From Candidatus Fokinia solitaria (lineage in GTDB: Bacteria > Pseudomonadota > Alphaproteobacteria > Rickettsiales > Midichloriaceae), in NCBI RefSeq assembly GCF_003072485.1, contig NZ_CP025989.1, positions 510,001 through 542,000 of the forward strand: a DNA stretch of 32,000 nt. Direction: 5' to 3'. The notes beneath the pieces were generated by a model that saw nothing but the letters and a program-made list of their open reading frames with translations, made no database searches and was not told the DNA's origin. This document shows positions 1 through 10,070 of this stretch, piece after piece (position 1 is the first letter of the stretch; each line of letters opens with the position of its first letter). A program made the translations under genes and the position numbers.

Positions 1-1591
1 CTTGAATAGAGTAAAAAATCGGTATGTCATCAGTTTCATTTTCATCCATACCAAGCGTCAGATAATACAGTCCAAGTATCATATCTTTTGCAGGAGTCAT
101 AATGCACTGTCCATTTGCAGGATTCAGAATATTCTTAGCTGAATGCATCAACAATAATGCTTCAATCTGTGCTTCTATTGTAATAGGTAGATGCACAGCC
201 ATTTGATCTCCGTCGAAATCCGCATTGAATGCAGCGCACACAAGAGGATGAAGTTTAATTGCAACACCTTCGACTAGCACCACTTCAAAAGCTTGTATAC
301 CAAGCCTATGAAGAGTAGGAGCACGATTCAGCAAAACAGGATGATCTCTCACTACTTGAGGTAAGATCTTAATGACCATTGGATCGTGCTTCTGCACCAA
401 GTTTTTTGCTTTTCTAAAAGTCGATACCTTTCCTGATTTCTCGAGTGCCGCTATCAAAAAAGGTTTGAATAATTCTATTGCCATATGGTACGGCAATCCA
501 CATTGATGAAGCTTAAGATTAGGTCCTACAACTATTACTGCACGCCCTGAATAATCGACACGTTTTCCTAAAAGATTTTGTCTAAACCTACCTTGCTTTC
601 CTTTTAGCATATCGGTCAATGATTTTAGAGGTCTTTTAACACTTCTCCCCATTACTCTATTACCCTTATTCTCTATGAGAGTATCAACAGCTTCTTGCAA
701 CATTCTCTTCTCATTGCATACGACAATATCAGGCGCATTAAGATCTAAAAGCTTCTTCAATCTGTTGTTTCTGTTGATCACTCTACGATAAAGCTCGTTT
801 AAATCAGAAGTAGCGAATCTTCCACCTTCTAAAGGAATGAGAGGTCTAAGATCAGGCGGCATCACTGGAAGTACATCTAATACCATAAAAGATGGCGCAT
901 TCTTCGATTCAATAAAATCTTCCACTATCGATAACCGCTTCTTCAATTTTGTTTTCTTCAATTCTGATCCAGTCTGAGATATAGCTTCAAGAATACGATT
1001 TCTCTCATATTTTACATCAATATCAGAAAGCAAGCTTTTTATAACTTCCGCTCCTGTGCCAGCTTTAAACGATCCATCTTCACACTGTCTAGAGGCAATT
1101 TTAAATTCTGCTTCTGAAATTATATCGCCTTTTTTAAGCTGAGTATTAGATGGCTCAAGTACTATATAACTTTCAAAGTATATTATCTTTTCCAAATCTG
1201 ATGGAGAGATATCTAGCAACAATCCTATCCTGCAAGGTAGTGATCTAAAATACCACGTATGAACAACAGGCACTGCTAGTGTAATATGCCCCATTCTGCG
1301 TCTTCTTTCACTTGCAGATGTTACCTCAACTCCACATTTATCACATACTATCACATTGTATTTCATGCCTTTATACTTTCCGCATAAGCACTCATAGTCT
1401 TTGAGAGGGCCAAATATACGCGCACAGAAGAGTCCTCCTAATTCCGGTTTATAACTTCTATAATTTATAGTATCAGGCAAAAGAACTTCTCCATAAGACC
1501 AAGCTAAGACATCACTAGGAGAAGCAAGCGTTACATGTACACTATTAAAATCAGTTCTACTGAACATACCTATATTTTGTGATGTATACAT
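1..1591 (-). CDS. rpoC: DNA-directed RNA polymerase beta' subunit, N-terminal ~530 aa (partial, continues past window start)
   Basis: Absent from the ORF track because there is no stop in the window. My translation from ATG at 1591 reads [36 protein letters not shown]... It contains the Zn-finger [25 protein letters not shown], the motif [21 protein letters not shown], and the catalytic [12 protein letters not shown] (plus coords ~199-240). It lies 41 bp downstream of rpoB on the same strand. Confidence 0.95.
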   Translation of the reverse strand, partial: MYTSQNIGMFSRTDFNSVHVTLASPSDVLAWSYGEVLLPDTINYRSYKPELGGLFCARIFGPLKDYECLCGKYKGMKYNVIVCDKCGVEVTSASERRRRMGHITLAVPVVHTWYFRSLPCRIGLLLDISPSDLEKIIYFESYIVLEPSNTQLKKGDIISEAEFKIASRQCEDGSFKAGTGAEVIKSLLSDIDVKYERNRILEAISQTGSELKKTKLKKRLSIVEDFIESKNAPSFMVLDVLPVMPPDLRPLIPLEGGRFATSDLNELYRRVINRNNRLKKLLDLNAPDIVVCNEKRMLQEAVDTLIENKGNRVMGRSVKRPLKSLTDMLKGKQGRFRQNLLGKRVDYSGRAVIVVGPNLKLHQCGLPYHMAIELFKPFLIAALEKSGKVSTFRKAKNLVQKHDPMVIKILPQVVRDHPVLLNRAPTLHRLGIQAFEVVLVEGVAIKLHPLVCAAFNADFDGDQMAVHLPITIEAQIEALLLMHSAKNILNPANGQCIMTPAKDMILGLYYLTLGMDENETDDIPIFYSIQ

Positions 1592-1632
1592 GATGAATAA
1601 ATATTAAATGATAAAAGAAAAAGATTGTAAGT

Positions 1633-4600
1633 TTATGATTTTACTTCAACATCATCCTTTCTTATTTCTACGTCCTTTATTTTTGTATATGTGCCACGAG
1701 ATTGAAATCCTTCATCATAAGATAGCTTTACATGTAATCCAAGAGATCTCATCTCGCTTAAAAGGATGTAGCTAGATTCAGGCATAATAGTACAATAACT
1801 CATTGCACGTATATGCTCCATAAGCTTACATATATCTCTAAATGCAGCATTACGTCCATCCACAGAATCCGATTTGATCGTTAGCATCTCATATAAATTA
1901 TATGCAGCACCATATCCTTCTAATGCCCACACCTCCATTTCTCCTAAACGCTGTCCTCCTCCTTTAGCTTTTCCTCCTAGAGGTTGCTGTGTTATACACG
2001 CATGAGGTCCTGTAGCTCTGACATGATACTTCTCTTCACTTAAATGGTGTAATTTCAGCATATACAGTACACCAACAGTTATTTCCATCTCAAAATATTC
2101 TCCAGTCTTTCCATCTCTTAATCTTACTTGTCCAGAGGTACTAACTCCACAATCTTTGAGAAGAGTATCAACGTCATGCTCTTTTACACCGTCAAATATA
2201 GGGGTGGCAATAGGAATGCCATTACACATATCCTTTGTCAATTTCACTAAACTATCAGCAGATAAACTTCTTAATACCTTTACTATAGAAGAAGGTGAAT
2301 AACATCTCTCATTCTGCTTTATAGCATCAGCAACAGCTTCACATGAGCTTGAGTTTACACTCTCTACATCAGAAATAAGCCCCCAGCTCGTACTTAAGTG
2401 CTTTTCCTTTTCTCCTTGTTGCTCTTCTTTTTCAAGATTTCCTAGATAGAAATCTATCACAGTATCCCTCAATTTTTCTACATCTTCAAAATTTAAATGA
2501 GAGGCAATTGCTTTTTCTCTTAAAGATTTTATCTTTGCACCGAGAGCAGCTAATCCTCCTCCTAATGTTACCTCCCATATTTGCCCTATATTCATCCTAG
2601 AAGGGATACCAAGCGGACTTAAAATAATATCGATTTTTGAGCCATCTTCCATAATAGGCATATCTTCTTCAGGCACTATAATTGATACAACGCCTTTATT
2701 TCCATGTCTTCCAGCCATCTTATCACCTACGCGCAATCTACGTTTTATCATCACGTAAATTTTAATCACTTTCAGATCTTCAGAATGTAAAGTATCATCT
2801 TCATTGATTTGCGCTATGCGTGTATCAAAATCAGATTTCAACTTCTCTTTTTTTATAGAAAGTACATCTTTTAAATTACTTAATTTAGCAGTTACAACGT
2901 CATCTGCTACATCTATATCGAACCATTTTTCTTTATCTAAAGCATTCAAAGTATCCTGCGTTACCACTTTGCCGGAACTTTTATTAATTTCTTGTCCTAA
3001 AATTGTGCTTTTCAGTTCATCGTAAACAAATTCCTCAAGTAATCTCACATACTCTTGATATTCTCTTGTAGCATCATTGATCGCTTTACATCTCATAATG
3101 GATAATTCATCATCTGAATCTGCGCCCTTTTTCACAAAGATCTCTACGCCTATTACTACACCTCTTACGCCGAAAGATGTTCTCAAAGAAGAATCTCTAA
3201 CATCTGATGATTTCGCACCAAAAATCGCTCTCAACAATTTTTCTTCTGGAGTGACTGGTGACTCAGGCTGTGGAGTGACTTTTCCAACTAGTATCATATT
3301 ATCAGTATCAATAACACAACCAGGCATTACAACTCCATACTCATCTAGATGACTAATGAGACTTTCCGGTACATTAGGAAGATCTCGCGTTACGCGTTCA
3401 GGGCCTAATCTTGTATCTCTTACAATGCATTCTATTTTCTCTATATGGAAAGAAGTAAAGTAATCATCTCTTACTATTCTTTCAGATACTATGATAGCAT
3501 CCTCGTAATTCCAACCATACCAACTCATATATGCGACCTTCACATTCATGCCGAGGGCAAGGTGTCCGTATTCAGTACAGCAATCAACTAAGACACTACC
3601 TTTTACTACAAAATCACCTAACTTTACTGTAGGTTTCTGATTATAGCATGTAGATTGATTACTACGCAGATACTTATTTAAGTTATAAATATCAAAATCA
3701 GTCTGATGCCCTTCTCTTACTCTTCTTATGATAATCTTAACAGAATCAACATAAACTACCACGCCAGATTCTTTAGCTTTTATCATCATATCAGAACTTT
3801 GTGCAACTGCCTTTTCCATACCAGTACCTATGAGAGGCGCTTGAGGACGCATCAAAGGTACTGCTTGCCGTAGCATATTAGAAGCAGTCAACGCTCTCAC
3901 AGCATCGCAATTTTCGATAAAAGGTATGAGAGAAGCTGAAACTGAAACGTGTTGCTTTGAAGCAATTTCCATATATTTTGGAATACCCTTTTCTACATAT
4001 ACCCTAGCACCGTTAAATCTGCATTCTACAGTAGAATTCACAAATTCATTACTATCATTAAGCGGCTCTGTTGCTTGCACTATAAGAGTATCGATATCTT
4101 CCAATGCGGATAAATACTCTATCTCATCTGTCGCAACTCCATTCACTACTTTACGATAAGGCGCTTCTAAAAAGCCATGACGACCTACTCTTGCATATAA
4201 AGCTAAATTATTGATGAGACCGATGTTCTTACCTTCAGGAGTTTCTATAGAACATATACGCGAATAATACGTTCTATGCGCATCCCTTGCAGAACCAGGA
4301 GCATTATCATGAGTAAGCCCTCCAGGTCCTAAGCATGAAACGCGTCTTTTTTCACTGATACTCGATAATATATTAGTTTGCGCCATGTAATTGCATAGCA
4401 CGGAAAGATTAAAGAACTCAAATAGCATTAGTGAAAGAAATTTATAATTCACTAATTCATAGGGATTGAAAGCTTCAATATTATCAATAGATGACATTTT
4501 ATCTAAGATACTCTTTCTCATCCTAGCTAAATTTGATGAACACTGCGCTTCAAAAAGATCAGCAACTCTTCTTACACGTCTATTACCTAAGTTATCTTGA

Positions 4601-5970
4601 TCATCTGGAGTACCGCCATTATCCATGAAGTAACACAATTTCTTTACCACAGCGATGATATCTTCAACAGTAAGATGATGAACATTTATCGGAATCTCAG
4701 TTTTATTAGTGAGATTCATTTTCATTCTACCAACATCCGATAAATCATATCCGTACTTCTCAGAAAAGAACATGTCATGCAACAGATTAGCACCGGATTC
4801 TGGCATCATTTCTCCAGGTTTTAAAATACGATAAGCTTGCACTATAGCTTCTTCTGTATCTTTTGCTGGATCAGAAACTACTGTGTCTCTTATGTAATAT
4901 CCTCCACCAGGATTAGGTACTGCGATTAAAGTGAAATTTCTTCCTCCTTTCAACTTCTCTATCTCATCTAAAATCTCTACTGTTACTCGACTACCTGCTT
5001 CTACAAGTACATCACCATCATCATCAAGTACATCGTACATGAAATACCTTCCTTCGAGACTTTGAGAAGAGAAAATACAGTATAACCTACCTTTTCTTTG
5101 CTCGCAATTTTCTATCACTTTAGGCGAGATTCTATCGCCCGCTTTTAAAAAATCTTCTCCACTTACGAGATCGAATACAGCGAAATTTAGCACTCTATTT
5201 CTGTATTCTAGATGATTAAAGCTTTTACGCCACATACCTGCAGCGTGATATTCACAACACTCTTTATCATAAAAGATCTCAAATATCTGTGTTGTGCTAA
5301 AATTCAAAGCTCTGAATAAGGTAGTAAGATGAAATTTTCTGCCTTTTTCACTCTTACACATTATAATACCACTCGCTTTGAACTCTATTGTAAGCCAAAA
5401 ACCAGAGCGTGGCACTATTACAACAGAATACAGGTATCTTCCGCTTGGATTACTTTTTCCTTCATCATGAGTATATAATACGCCTGGAGATCGATGTAAT
5501 TGCAATATTACTACTTTTTCTACTCCATTTATTACAAATGAACCACTTTCAGTAATGAGAGGTATGTCTCCTACATATACTTCTTGCTCGGTAATACTTT
5601 TTATTTCTCTTCCAGTTTCTTTTTTCTCCCAAGTAACTAATCGCAATTTTACGATTAAAGCGCCGGAATACGAAGTATTACCGCGTCTCTTACACTCTTG
5701 AGGAGAATATTTTGAAGGATTAATCCTATATCCCATATATTCTAGAGTAGCATTACCTTCATTACTCTCTATAGAAAAGATAGCACGTAGCAATTTCTCA
5801 AGTCCTATATTTTCTCTTTGCTCTGATGCGAGATTCAACTGCAAAAAGTCACGATAAGAATCTATTTGAGTAGATATCAAATCGTTCTCACCAAAAACAT
5901 CACTAAAGCATGTACGACCGTAAAATTTACGTAATCTTGCGAATTCAGCAAGTAAAAATGTATCTTTCAT
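1633..5970 (-). CDS. rpoB: DNA-directed RNA polymerase beta subunit (1445 aa)
   Basis: Hallmark motifs GDKMAGRHGNKGVVS, PSRMNIGQI, QQPLGGKAKGGGQRLGEMEVWALEGYGAAY and LSALEDIDTLIVQA, followed by rpoC. Confidence 0.98.
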   Translation of the reverse strand: MKDTFLLAEFARLRKFYGRTCFSDVFGENDLISTQIDSYRDFLQLNLASEQRENIGLEKLLRAIFSIESNEGNATLEYMGYRINPSKYSPQECKRRGNTSYSGALIVKLRLVTWEKKETGREIKSITEQEVYVGDIPLITESGSFVINGVEKVVILQLHRSPGVLYTHDEGKSNPSGRYLYSVVIVPRSGFWLTIEFKASGIIMCKSEKGRKFHLTTLFRALNFSTTQIFEIFYDKECCEYHAAGMWRKSFNHLEYRNRVLNFAVFDLVSGEDFLKAGDRISPKVIENCEQRKGRLYCIFSSQSLEGRYFMYDVLDDDGDVLVEAGSRVTVEILDEIEKLKGGRNFTLIAVPNPGGGYYIRDTVVSDPAKDTEEAIVQAYRILKPGEMMPESGANLLHDMFFSEKYGYDLSDVGRMKMNLTNKTEIPINVHHLTVEDIIAVVKKLCYFMDNGGTPDDQDNLGNRRVRRVADLFEAQCSSNLARMRKSILDKMSSIDNIEAFNPYELVNYKFLSLMLFEFFNLSVLCNYMAQTNILSSISEKRRVSCLGPGGLTHDNAPGSARDAHRTYYSRICSIETPEGKNIGLINNLALYARVGRHGFLEAPYRKVVNGVATDEIEYLSALEDIDTLIVQATEPLNDSNEFVNSTVECRFNGARVYVEKGIPKYMEIASKQHVSVSASLIPFIENCDAVRALTASNMLRQAVPLMRPQAPLIGTGMEKAVAQSSDMMIKAKESGVVVYVDSVKIIIRRVREGHQTDFDIYNLNKYLRSNQSTCYNQKPTVKLGDFVVKGSVLVDCCTEYGHLALGMNVKVAYMSWYGWNYEDAIIVSERIVRDDYFTSFHIEKIECIVRDTRLGPERVTRDLPNVPESLISHLDEYGVVMPGCVIDTDNMILVGKVTPQPESPVTPEEKLLRAIFGAKSSDVRDSSLRTSFGVRGVVIGVEIFVKKGADSDDELSIMRCKAINDATREYQEYVRLLEEFVYDELKSTILGQEINKSSGKVVTQDTLNALDKEKWFDIDVADDVVTAKLSNLKDVLSIKKEKLKSDFDTRIAQINEDDTLHSEDLKVIKIYVMIKRRLRVGDKMAGRHGNKGVVSIIVPEEDMPIMEDGSKIDIILSPLGIPSRMNIGQIWEVTLGGGLAALGAKIKSLREKAIASHLNFEDVEKLRDTVIDFYLGNLEKEEQQGEKEKHLSTSWGLISDVESVNSSSCEAVADAIKQNERCYSPSSIVKVLRSLSADSLVKLTKDMCNGIPIATPIFDGVKEHDVDTLLKDCGVSTSGQVRLRDGKTGEYFEMEITVGVLYMLKLHHLSEEKYHVRATGPHACITQQPLGGKAKGGGQRLGEMEVWALEGYGAAYNLYEMLTIKSDSVDGRNAAFRDICKLMEHIRAMSYCTIMPESSYILLSEMRSLGLHVKLSYDEGFQSRGTYTKIKDVEIRKDDVEVKS

Positions 5971-6029
5971 CCTGAAAATTCAATTCATTTCATTAAAATC
6001 TTGCACCATTACCAAATCACGAAAGTCCA

Positions 6030-7595
6030 TTAAGAAGCGTCAGAATTTTTAAAAATAGAAAAATAAGTCTTCTGCCTAGCTTTAGTGACTACAACATCTA
6101 ACAACTCTTTTCTTATATCAAACCCTTTAGCATTGCACATCTCGTATAATTCGTCGCTAGAATAAGGTGCAATTCTAGCTAAAGAACTTAATCTAAGACG
6201 CGCGAACGCTCTTATCATCATCTGCTTCTCCTTTGCCAACGCATCAGAGGTAACACCTGGAACATCACTCATAGTAGCTTGAGAACTTTTATCTTCCTCA
6301 AGATCTGCATAACTCTCTGCGCCAAGCTGAATTGCCAAATTAGCACGAGAAATCAATTCTTCTGCAATTTCAGTATCTTCTCCTACCACCACACTTAAAT
6401 CAGACACACTTGTTTCTGCAATTTTCTCGACTGTATTCAATTTTTCAGATATCAAGACCTGCGCAAGTATCATATCTATATCTAACCTCTTTTGAAGAAT
6501 TAAAGAGTCTTTTTTAGTTTTATTATAAGCATCTGAAATTAAATCTTGCTCTGTCATAACTTCAATTCTCATTCCTATAAGCATTGACAAAAGCCTCACA
6601 TTCTGACCATTTCTTCCTATTACTTCATGCACTACTCCAGAACCTACTACAATTTTCACTACATCTTCATCTTCACTAAAAGAAACTTTTTGTGGCACAA
6701 CTGGCGCAATCGCATTCAGCACCATTTCTCTCATATCATCTGAATATAATATGAAATCTATCTTTTCTCCTCCTAATTCAGCCATCACAGCTTTTACGCG
6801 CGCACCTTTTATACCGATACAAGCCCCTACTGGATTTATAGAAGAAACACTAGAATATAATACAACTTTTGAACGAGAACCCGCTTCTCTAGCAATCTTT
6901 ACAATGCGTATAGTGCCACTATAAATCTCTGCGACTTCTCTGTGCAACAGCTGCTCTAGAAAAGTATCGGAAGTTCTTGATAGAATTAACTGAGGCTCTT
7001 CATCTTGAGATTGCTTCACCTCTACCAACACAGCTTTTACTTTCGCACCATGTACAAAATTATCTTGCCGTAGCTGATGATTATGAGGAATAACTGCTAA
7101 CACTCCATTAGCTAACTTGATTACTACCGCAGCACGCTCGACTCTTTCTACTACTCCAGAAAACATTTCTCCAATTTTCTCACTATACTCTTCAAGCTCT
7201 CTTTCTGCTTCTATTTTCCTTATTTTCGACACAAGAGCGGTACGCGCTTTAGAGATAATTGATGGCTCAATATCAATCATTGGCACCTCTTCTAAAATCT
7301 TATCGCCAACCTCCACAGTATGTCCATTTTTCTTAGCTTCAGAAATTGATATCACATCTACAGCACCGTCTTGTAATGCGGCTGCTGCATCTTCATCACT
7401 TACCACTTCCGTCACTCGATATAGAGAACTCTGTCCCGTTTTTCTATCAAAATGACATTTAAATTTATGAGTACCGTATTTACTGCACATCACATCCTCT
7501 ATCGTCTGCTCCAGCATCTCAAAAAGCAGACCTACTGGCATACTCTTTTCTCTTGACACATACTGAATTACCTGCAATATCCCGGATTCCTTCAT
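6030..7595 (-). CDS. nusA: Transcription termination/antitermination factor NusA (521 aa)
   Basis: N-terminal RNAP-binding region (LQVIQYVSREKSMPVGLLFEMLEQTI), an S1-like segment (GEMFSGVVERVERAAVVIKL), KH motifs (GACIGIKGARVKAV, VIGRNGQNVRLLS) and a long C-terminal helical tail. Confidence 0.95.
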   Translation of the reverse strand: MKESGILQVIQYVSREKSMPVGLLFEMLEQTIEDVMCSKYGTHKFKCHFDRKTGQSSLYRVTEVVSDEDAAAALQDGAVDVISISEAKKNGHTVEVGDKILEEVPMIDIEPSIISKARTALVSKIRKIEAERELEEYSEKIGEMFSGVVERVERAAVVIKLANGVLAVIPHNHQLRQDNFVHGAKVKAVLVEVKQSQDEEPQLILSRTSDTFLEQLLHREVAEIYSGTIRIVKIAREAGSRSKVVLYSSVSSINPVGACIGIKGARVKAVMAELGGEKIDFILYSDDMREMVLNAIAPVVPQKVSFSEDEDVVKIVVGSGVVHEVIGRNGQNVRLLSMLIGMRIEVMTEQDLISDAYNKTKKDSLILQKRLDIDMILAQVLISEKLNTVEKIAETSVSDLSVVVGEDTEIAEELISRANLAIQLGAESYADLEEDKSSQATMSDVPGVTSDALAKEKQMMIRAFARLRLSSLARIAPYSSDELYEMCNAKGFDIRKELLDVVVTKARQKTYFSIFKNSDAS

Positions 7596-7721
7596 ATTTC
7601 TAGAGGAGGCATTTAGAATTACGAATCGTTTTGTCTCACTCGCGAGAAAACAACTATGCTAAAGACCTTACATTAGATCGTGTGATAATTTCAACAAAAA
7701 TATTCGCATCACAAGCATTTA

Positions 7722-8717
7722 TTACTTTTTATCCTTACTATTGTTAAAGAACACTTCTGATACATACCTAAAACCTTTCTCTCCTCTCTTTACTTGAATT
7801 ATCACGTCTATAACATTTTTAATATACATTGTAATATCATTTACACTCATTTCTACACCACTTTGCATCACCATCAATGTTAGCTGCGATATAGCCATAG
7901 CAGGAGAATCTGCGTGAAGAGTAGCAATAGATCCCGGATGTCCCGTGTTAATTGCTCTTAAGTAGTCAAATGCTTCGCTACCTCTCAATTCTCCTACTAT
8001 TATCCTATCTGGACGCAATCTCAAACAAGCTTCTATTAGATTCTTTATTGTCACATTTGCTCTACCTTGACCACCTTTTGAAGCTATAAGATGCAATCTA
8101 TTTTCATGTAATGGCAATGAAATTTCCCTTGCATCTTCGCATGTAATTAATCTTTCATTAGCTGGAATCTCTTGTAAAAGCGCATTTGTGAAAGTAGTTT
8201 TTCCCGTTGATGTACCGCCACTGACGATAATATTTTTTTTATAACTTACAGCTTTTCTTAAAAAGAATTTTATCTCTCCATTATCAAGATGTGACTGTAG
8301 CTCACTTAAATATGGATCTTTTACTTGCTTTGTTGCTGCTTGCTGAAACATTCCAGCTTTCTCGTACTTCTCAAGAGTAAAATTCATACCTGAGGGCTTT
8401 CTTATGGAAATTCCGATAGTACCTATTTCAGCAGCGGGCGGTATTACTATCTGCACACGAAATCCATTAGGAAGAGTAGCAGATAAAATTGGTTGCTCTT
8501 CACTTATTTTTTGTTCAGTAAAACTTGCTATCAACGTTGTTAATCCTCTTAAATGAGTTTCGTTAAGCTCAGGAATTAACTCTTTGTATAGTTCTCCTCT
8601 TTTCTCAATCCATGCTTCACCATACTTATTAATGGATATCTCGCTTACACCATCTTGTGAGAAAATATTTTCAAGAGGCATGAGATAAGTCTCCAATGCC
8701 GTAATTTTAGCAGGCAT
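7722..8717 (-). CDS. virB11: Type IV secretion ATPase VirB11 (331 aa)
   Basis: Walker A GGTSTGKTT, Asp box ERLITCEDAREI, Walker B RPDRIIVGELRG, His box INTGHPGSIATLHA. Size and N-terminal domain are typical of VirB11. ATG start at 8717. Confidence 0.9.
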   Translation of the reverse strand: MPAKITALETYLMPLENIFSQDGVSEISINKYGEAWIEKRGELYKELIPELNETHLRGLTTLIASFTEQKISEEQPILSATLPNGFRVQIVIPPAAEIGTIGISIRKPSGMNFTLEKYEKAGMFQQAATKQVKDPYLSELQSHLDNGEIKFFLRKAVSYKKNIIVSGGTSTGKTTFTNALLQEIPANERLITCEDAREISLPLHENRLHLIASKGGQGRANVTIKNLIEACLRLRPDRIIVGELRGSEAFDYLRAINTGHPGSIATLHADSPAMAISQLTLMVMQSGVEMSVNDITMYIKNVIDVIIQVKRGEKGFRYVSEVFFNNSKDKK

Positions 8718-8909
8718 TTCAATAAAACAGAGTACTTTCTCTTAATTTTAGCGAAAAAAGTTAAAATAACAATCCGTCTCGCGATAGATAAATTAAAACT
8801 AAACTTAATATACGATGCAATATACATTACAAATCACATATTTACGCTTTGCATTGTAAGGATTTTGATAGTAAAATTCCGTATAAAAAAACAACAAATT
8901 TCGCTTACA

Positions 8910-9398
8910 ATGGAGCCAATAAAATACGGGTCGATATATTCTAACTTGATGAGACTAATTGTGATGGATGTCGTGAAAACTCTAGCTTCCGCACCTACAA
9001 CTTACCACTTTTGTATAGTGATAGCCTTTGATACAAAGAGTTATGGAGTAGTTCTCTCAGAAAGACTTAGAACACAATATCCTAGAGAAATGGCTGTAAT
9101 TCTACAGCATCAATTCGAAGACTTGAAGGTGACGTACGAAGCGATCTCCGTAACTCTTTCTTTCAATGGTGTGAAGGAGAACATTTCTATACCATTTTCT
9201 TCCCTTATAAGATTTGAAGATAAAGTTGCAAATTTCTCTATAGATTTTGATAAGCTACTAGCTGTGCAAAATATACCGCAAACAGAACTATTTGGAGAGA
9301 AGGAAGATGTACACGAAAAGTATAAAAACATCGAGCACAGAATTGAAGAGAATGTCTTAGTACTCGATGGAAGAGATATATTCTCACACGCGAGGTAA
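8910..9398 (+). CDS. sspB: ClpXP adaptor SspB, alphaproteobacterial type
   Basis: The core YPREMAVILQHQFEDLKVTYEAISVTLSFNGVKENISIPFSSLIRFEDKVANFSIDF matches the alpha-SspB pattern (M.IVLQHQFWDL.V....F.V.LSF.G....L.VPF.A...F.DP). The track ORF begins at TTG 8865, and I prefer ATG 8910 (MEPIKYG...). Confidence 0.7.
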   Translation: MEPIKYGSIYSNLMRLIVMDVVKTLASAPTTYHFCIVIAFDTKSYGVVLSERLRTQYPREMAVILQHQFEDLKVTYEAISVTLSFNGVKENISIPFSSLIRFEDKVANFSIDFDKLLAVQNIPQTELFGEKEDVHEKYKNIEHRIEENVLVLDGRDIFSHAR

Positions 9399-9421
9399 AA
9401 TCAACAGATCTGAAATAAACT

Positions 9422-9988
9422 TCAATCCATCTCGGAATACTTTTTATCCAACAGTTTATCTATTTGCTCTACATACTCATCTGTCATCTTCTGTACTCTT
9501 TTCGAAGAATCTTTTACAGCATTTTCATCAATTACTTTCTCTTTTTCTAGATTCTTCAGAACGTCTAAGGCGTATCTTCTTACATTTCTGATCGCGATCT
9601 TTTGACTTTCTGCATATGAAGCGGCTTTTTTCTTAAGCTGCTCTCGCATTTCTACTGATAATTCTGGAATATTTATCTTCAAAGTACTTCCTTCAGTTCT
9701 AGGATTGAGTCCTATATTTGCATCGACAATCGCTTTCTCTACTTTACTTACTACGCTGTCATCCCAAACTTTTACTAATAACACTCTCGCTTCTGCAACG
9801 GATACATTAGCAAGTTGATTGATTGGCATTTTACCACCATATGCATCAACTTGTATATTCTCCACCATACCAGGAGTAGCGCGTCCTACTCGTAATCCTC
9901 CTAGCAATTCTTTATACTTCTCAATCGCCCCTTCCATTTTCCTCGCCATATCGGCAAAAAGAGCACTTATTTCTTCTACACTTAACAT
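9422..9988 (-). CDS. frr: Ribosome recycling factor (188 aa from ATG 9988)
   Basis: MEGAIEKYKELLGGLRVGRATPGMVENIQVDAYGGKMPINQLANVSV...IAIRNVRR... is collinear with Frr over its full length. The track ORF extends 34 codons further (to 10090), but that extension has no Frr counterpart. Ends in TGA. Confidence 0.95.
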   Translation of the reverse strand: MLSVEEISALFADMARKMEGAIEKYKELLGGLRVGRATPGMVENIQVDAYGGKMPINQLANVSVAEARVLLVKVWDDSVVSKVEKAIVDANIGLNPRTEGSTLKINIPELSVEMREQLKKKAASYAESQKIAIRNVRRYALDVLKNLEKEKVIDENAVKDSSKRVQKMTDEYVEQIDKLLDKKYSEMD

Positions 9989-10070
9989 TTTAGCATGCTT
10001 ACGTTGAATTATTAACATAATACAGCTATCTATAGCGGCGTATTTTAGCAACAAGAATTTTCTCTTATTT

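Noticed and set aside
2804-4159. Plus-strand ORFs of 73-91 aa (2804-3025, 3077-3352, 3926-4159) inside rpoB
   Set aside because: They lie entirely antisense to a strongly supported essential gene. Their translations are low-complexity S/T/L/F-rich strings typical of the antisense frames of AT-rich coding DNA.
7117-7455. 112-aa plus-strand ORF inside nusA
   Set aside because: It is antisense to nusA, has Ser/Thr/Leu-rich composition and no motif.
7640-7665. Short palindrome CTCGCGAG flanked by GTTTT...AAAAC between virB11 and nusA, as a possible terminator
   Set aside because: The stem is interrupted by mismatches and is only 5+2 bp outside the 8-bp self-complementary core. There is no T-tract, so it is too weak to call.
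8645-8827. 60-aa minus-strand ORF upstream of and overlapping the virB11 start
   Set aside because: It overlaps the virB11 N-terminal codons in another frame and spans the divergent promoter region. It has no motif, and its composition looks non-coding.
9110-9591. Short ORFs 9110-9331 (-) and 9367-9591 (+)
   Set aside because: The first is antisense within sspB. The second overlaps the sspB 3' end in another frame and continues antisense into frr, and both of those genes have family-level support.
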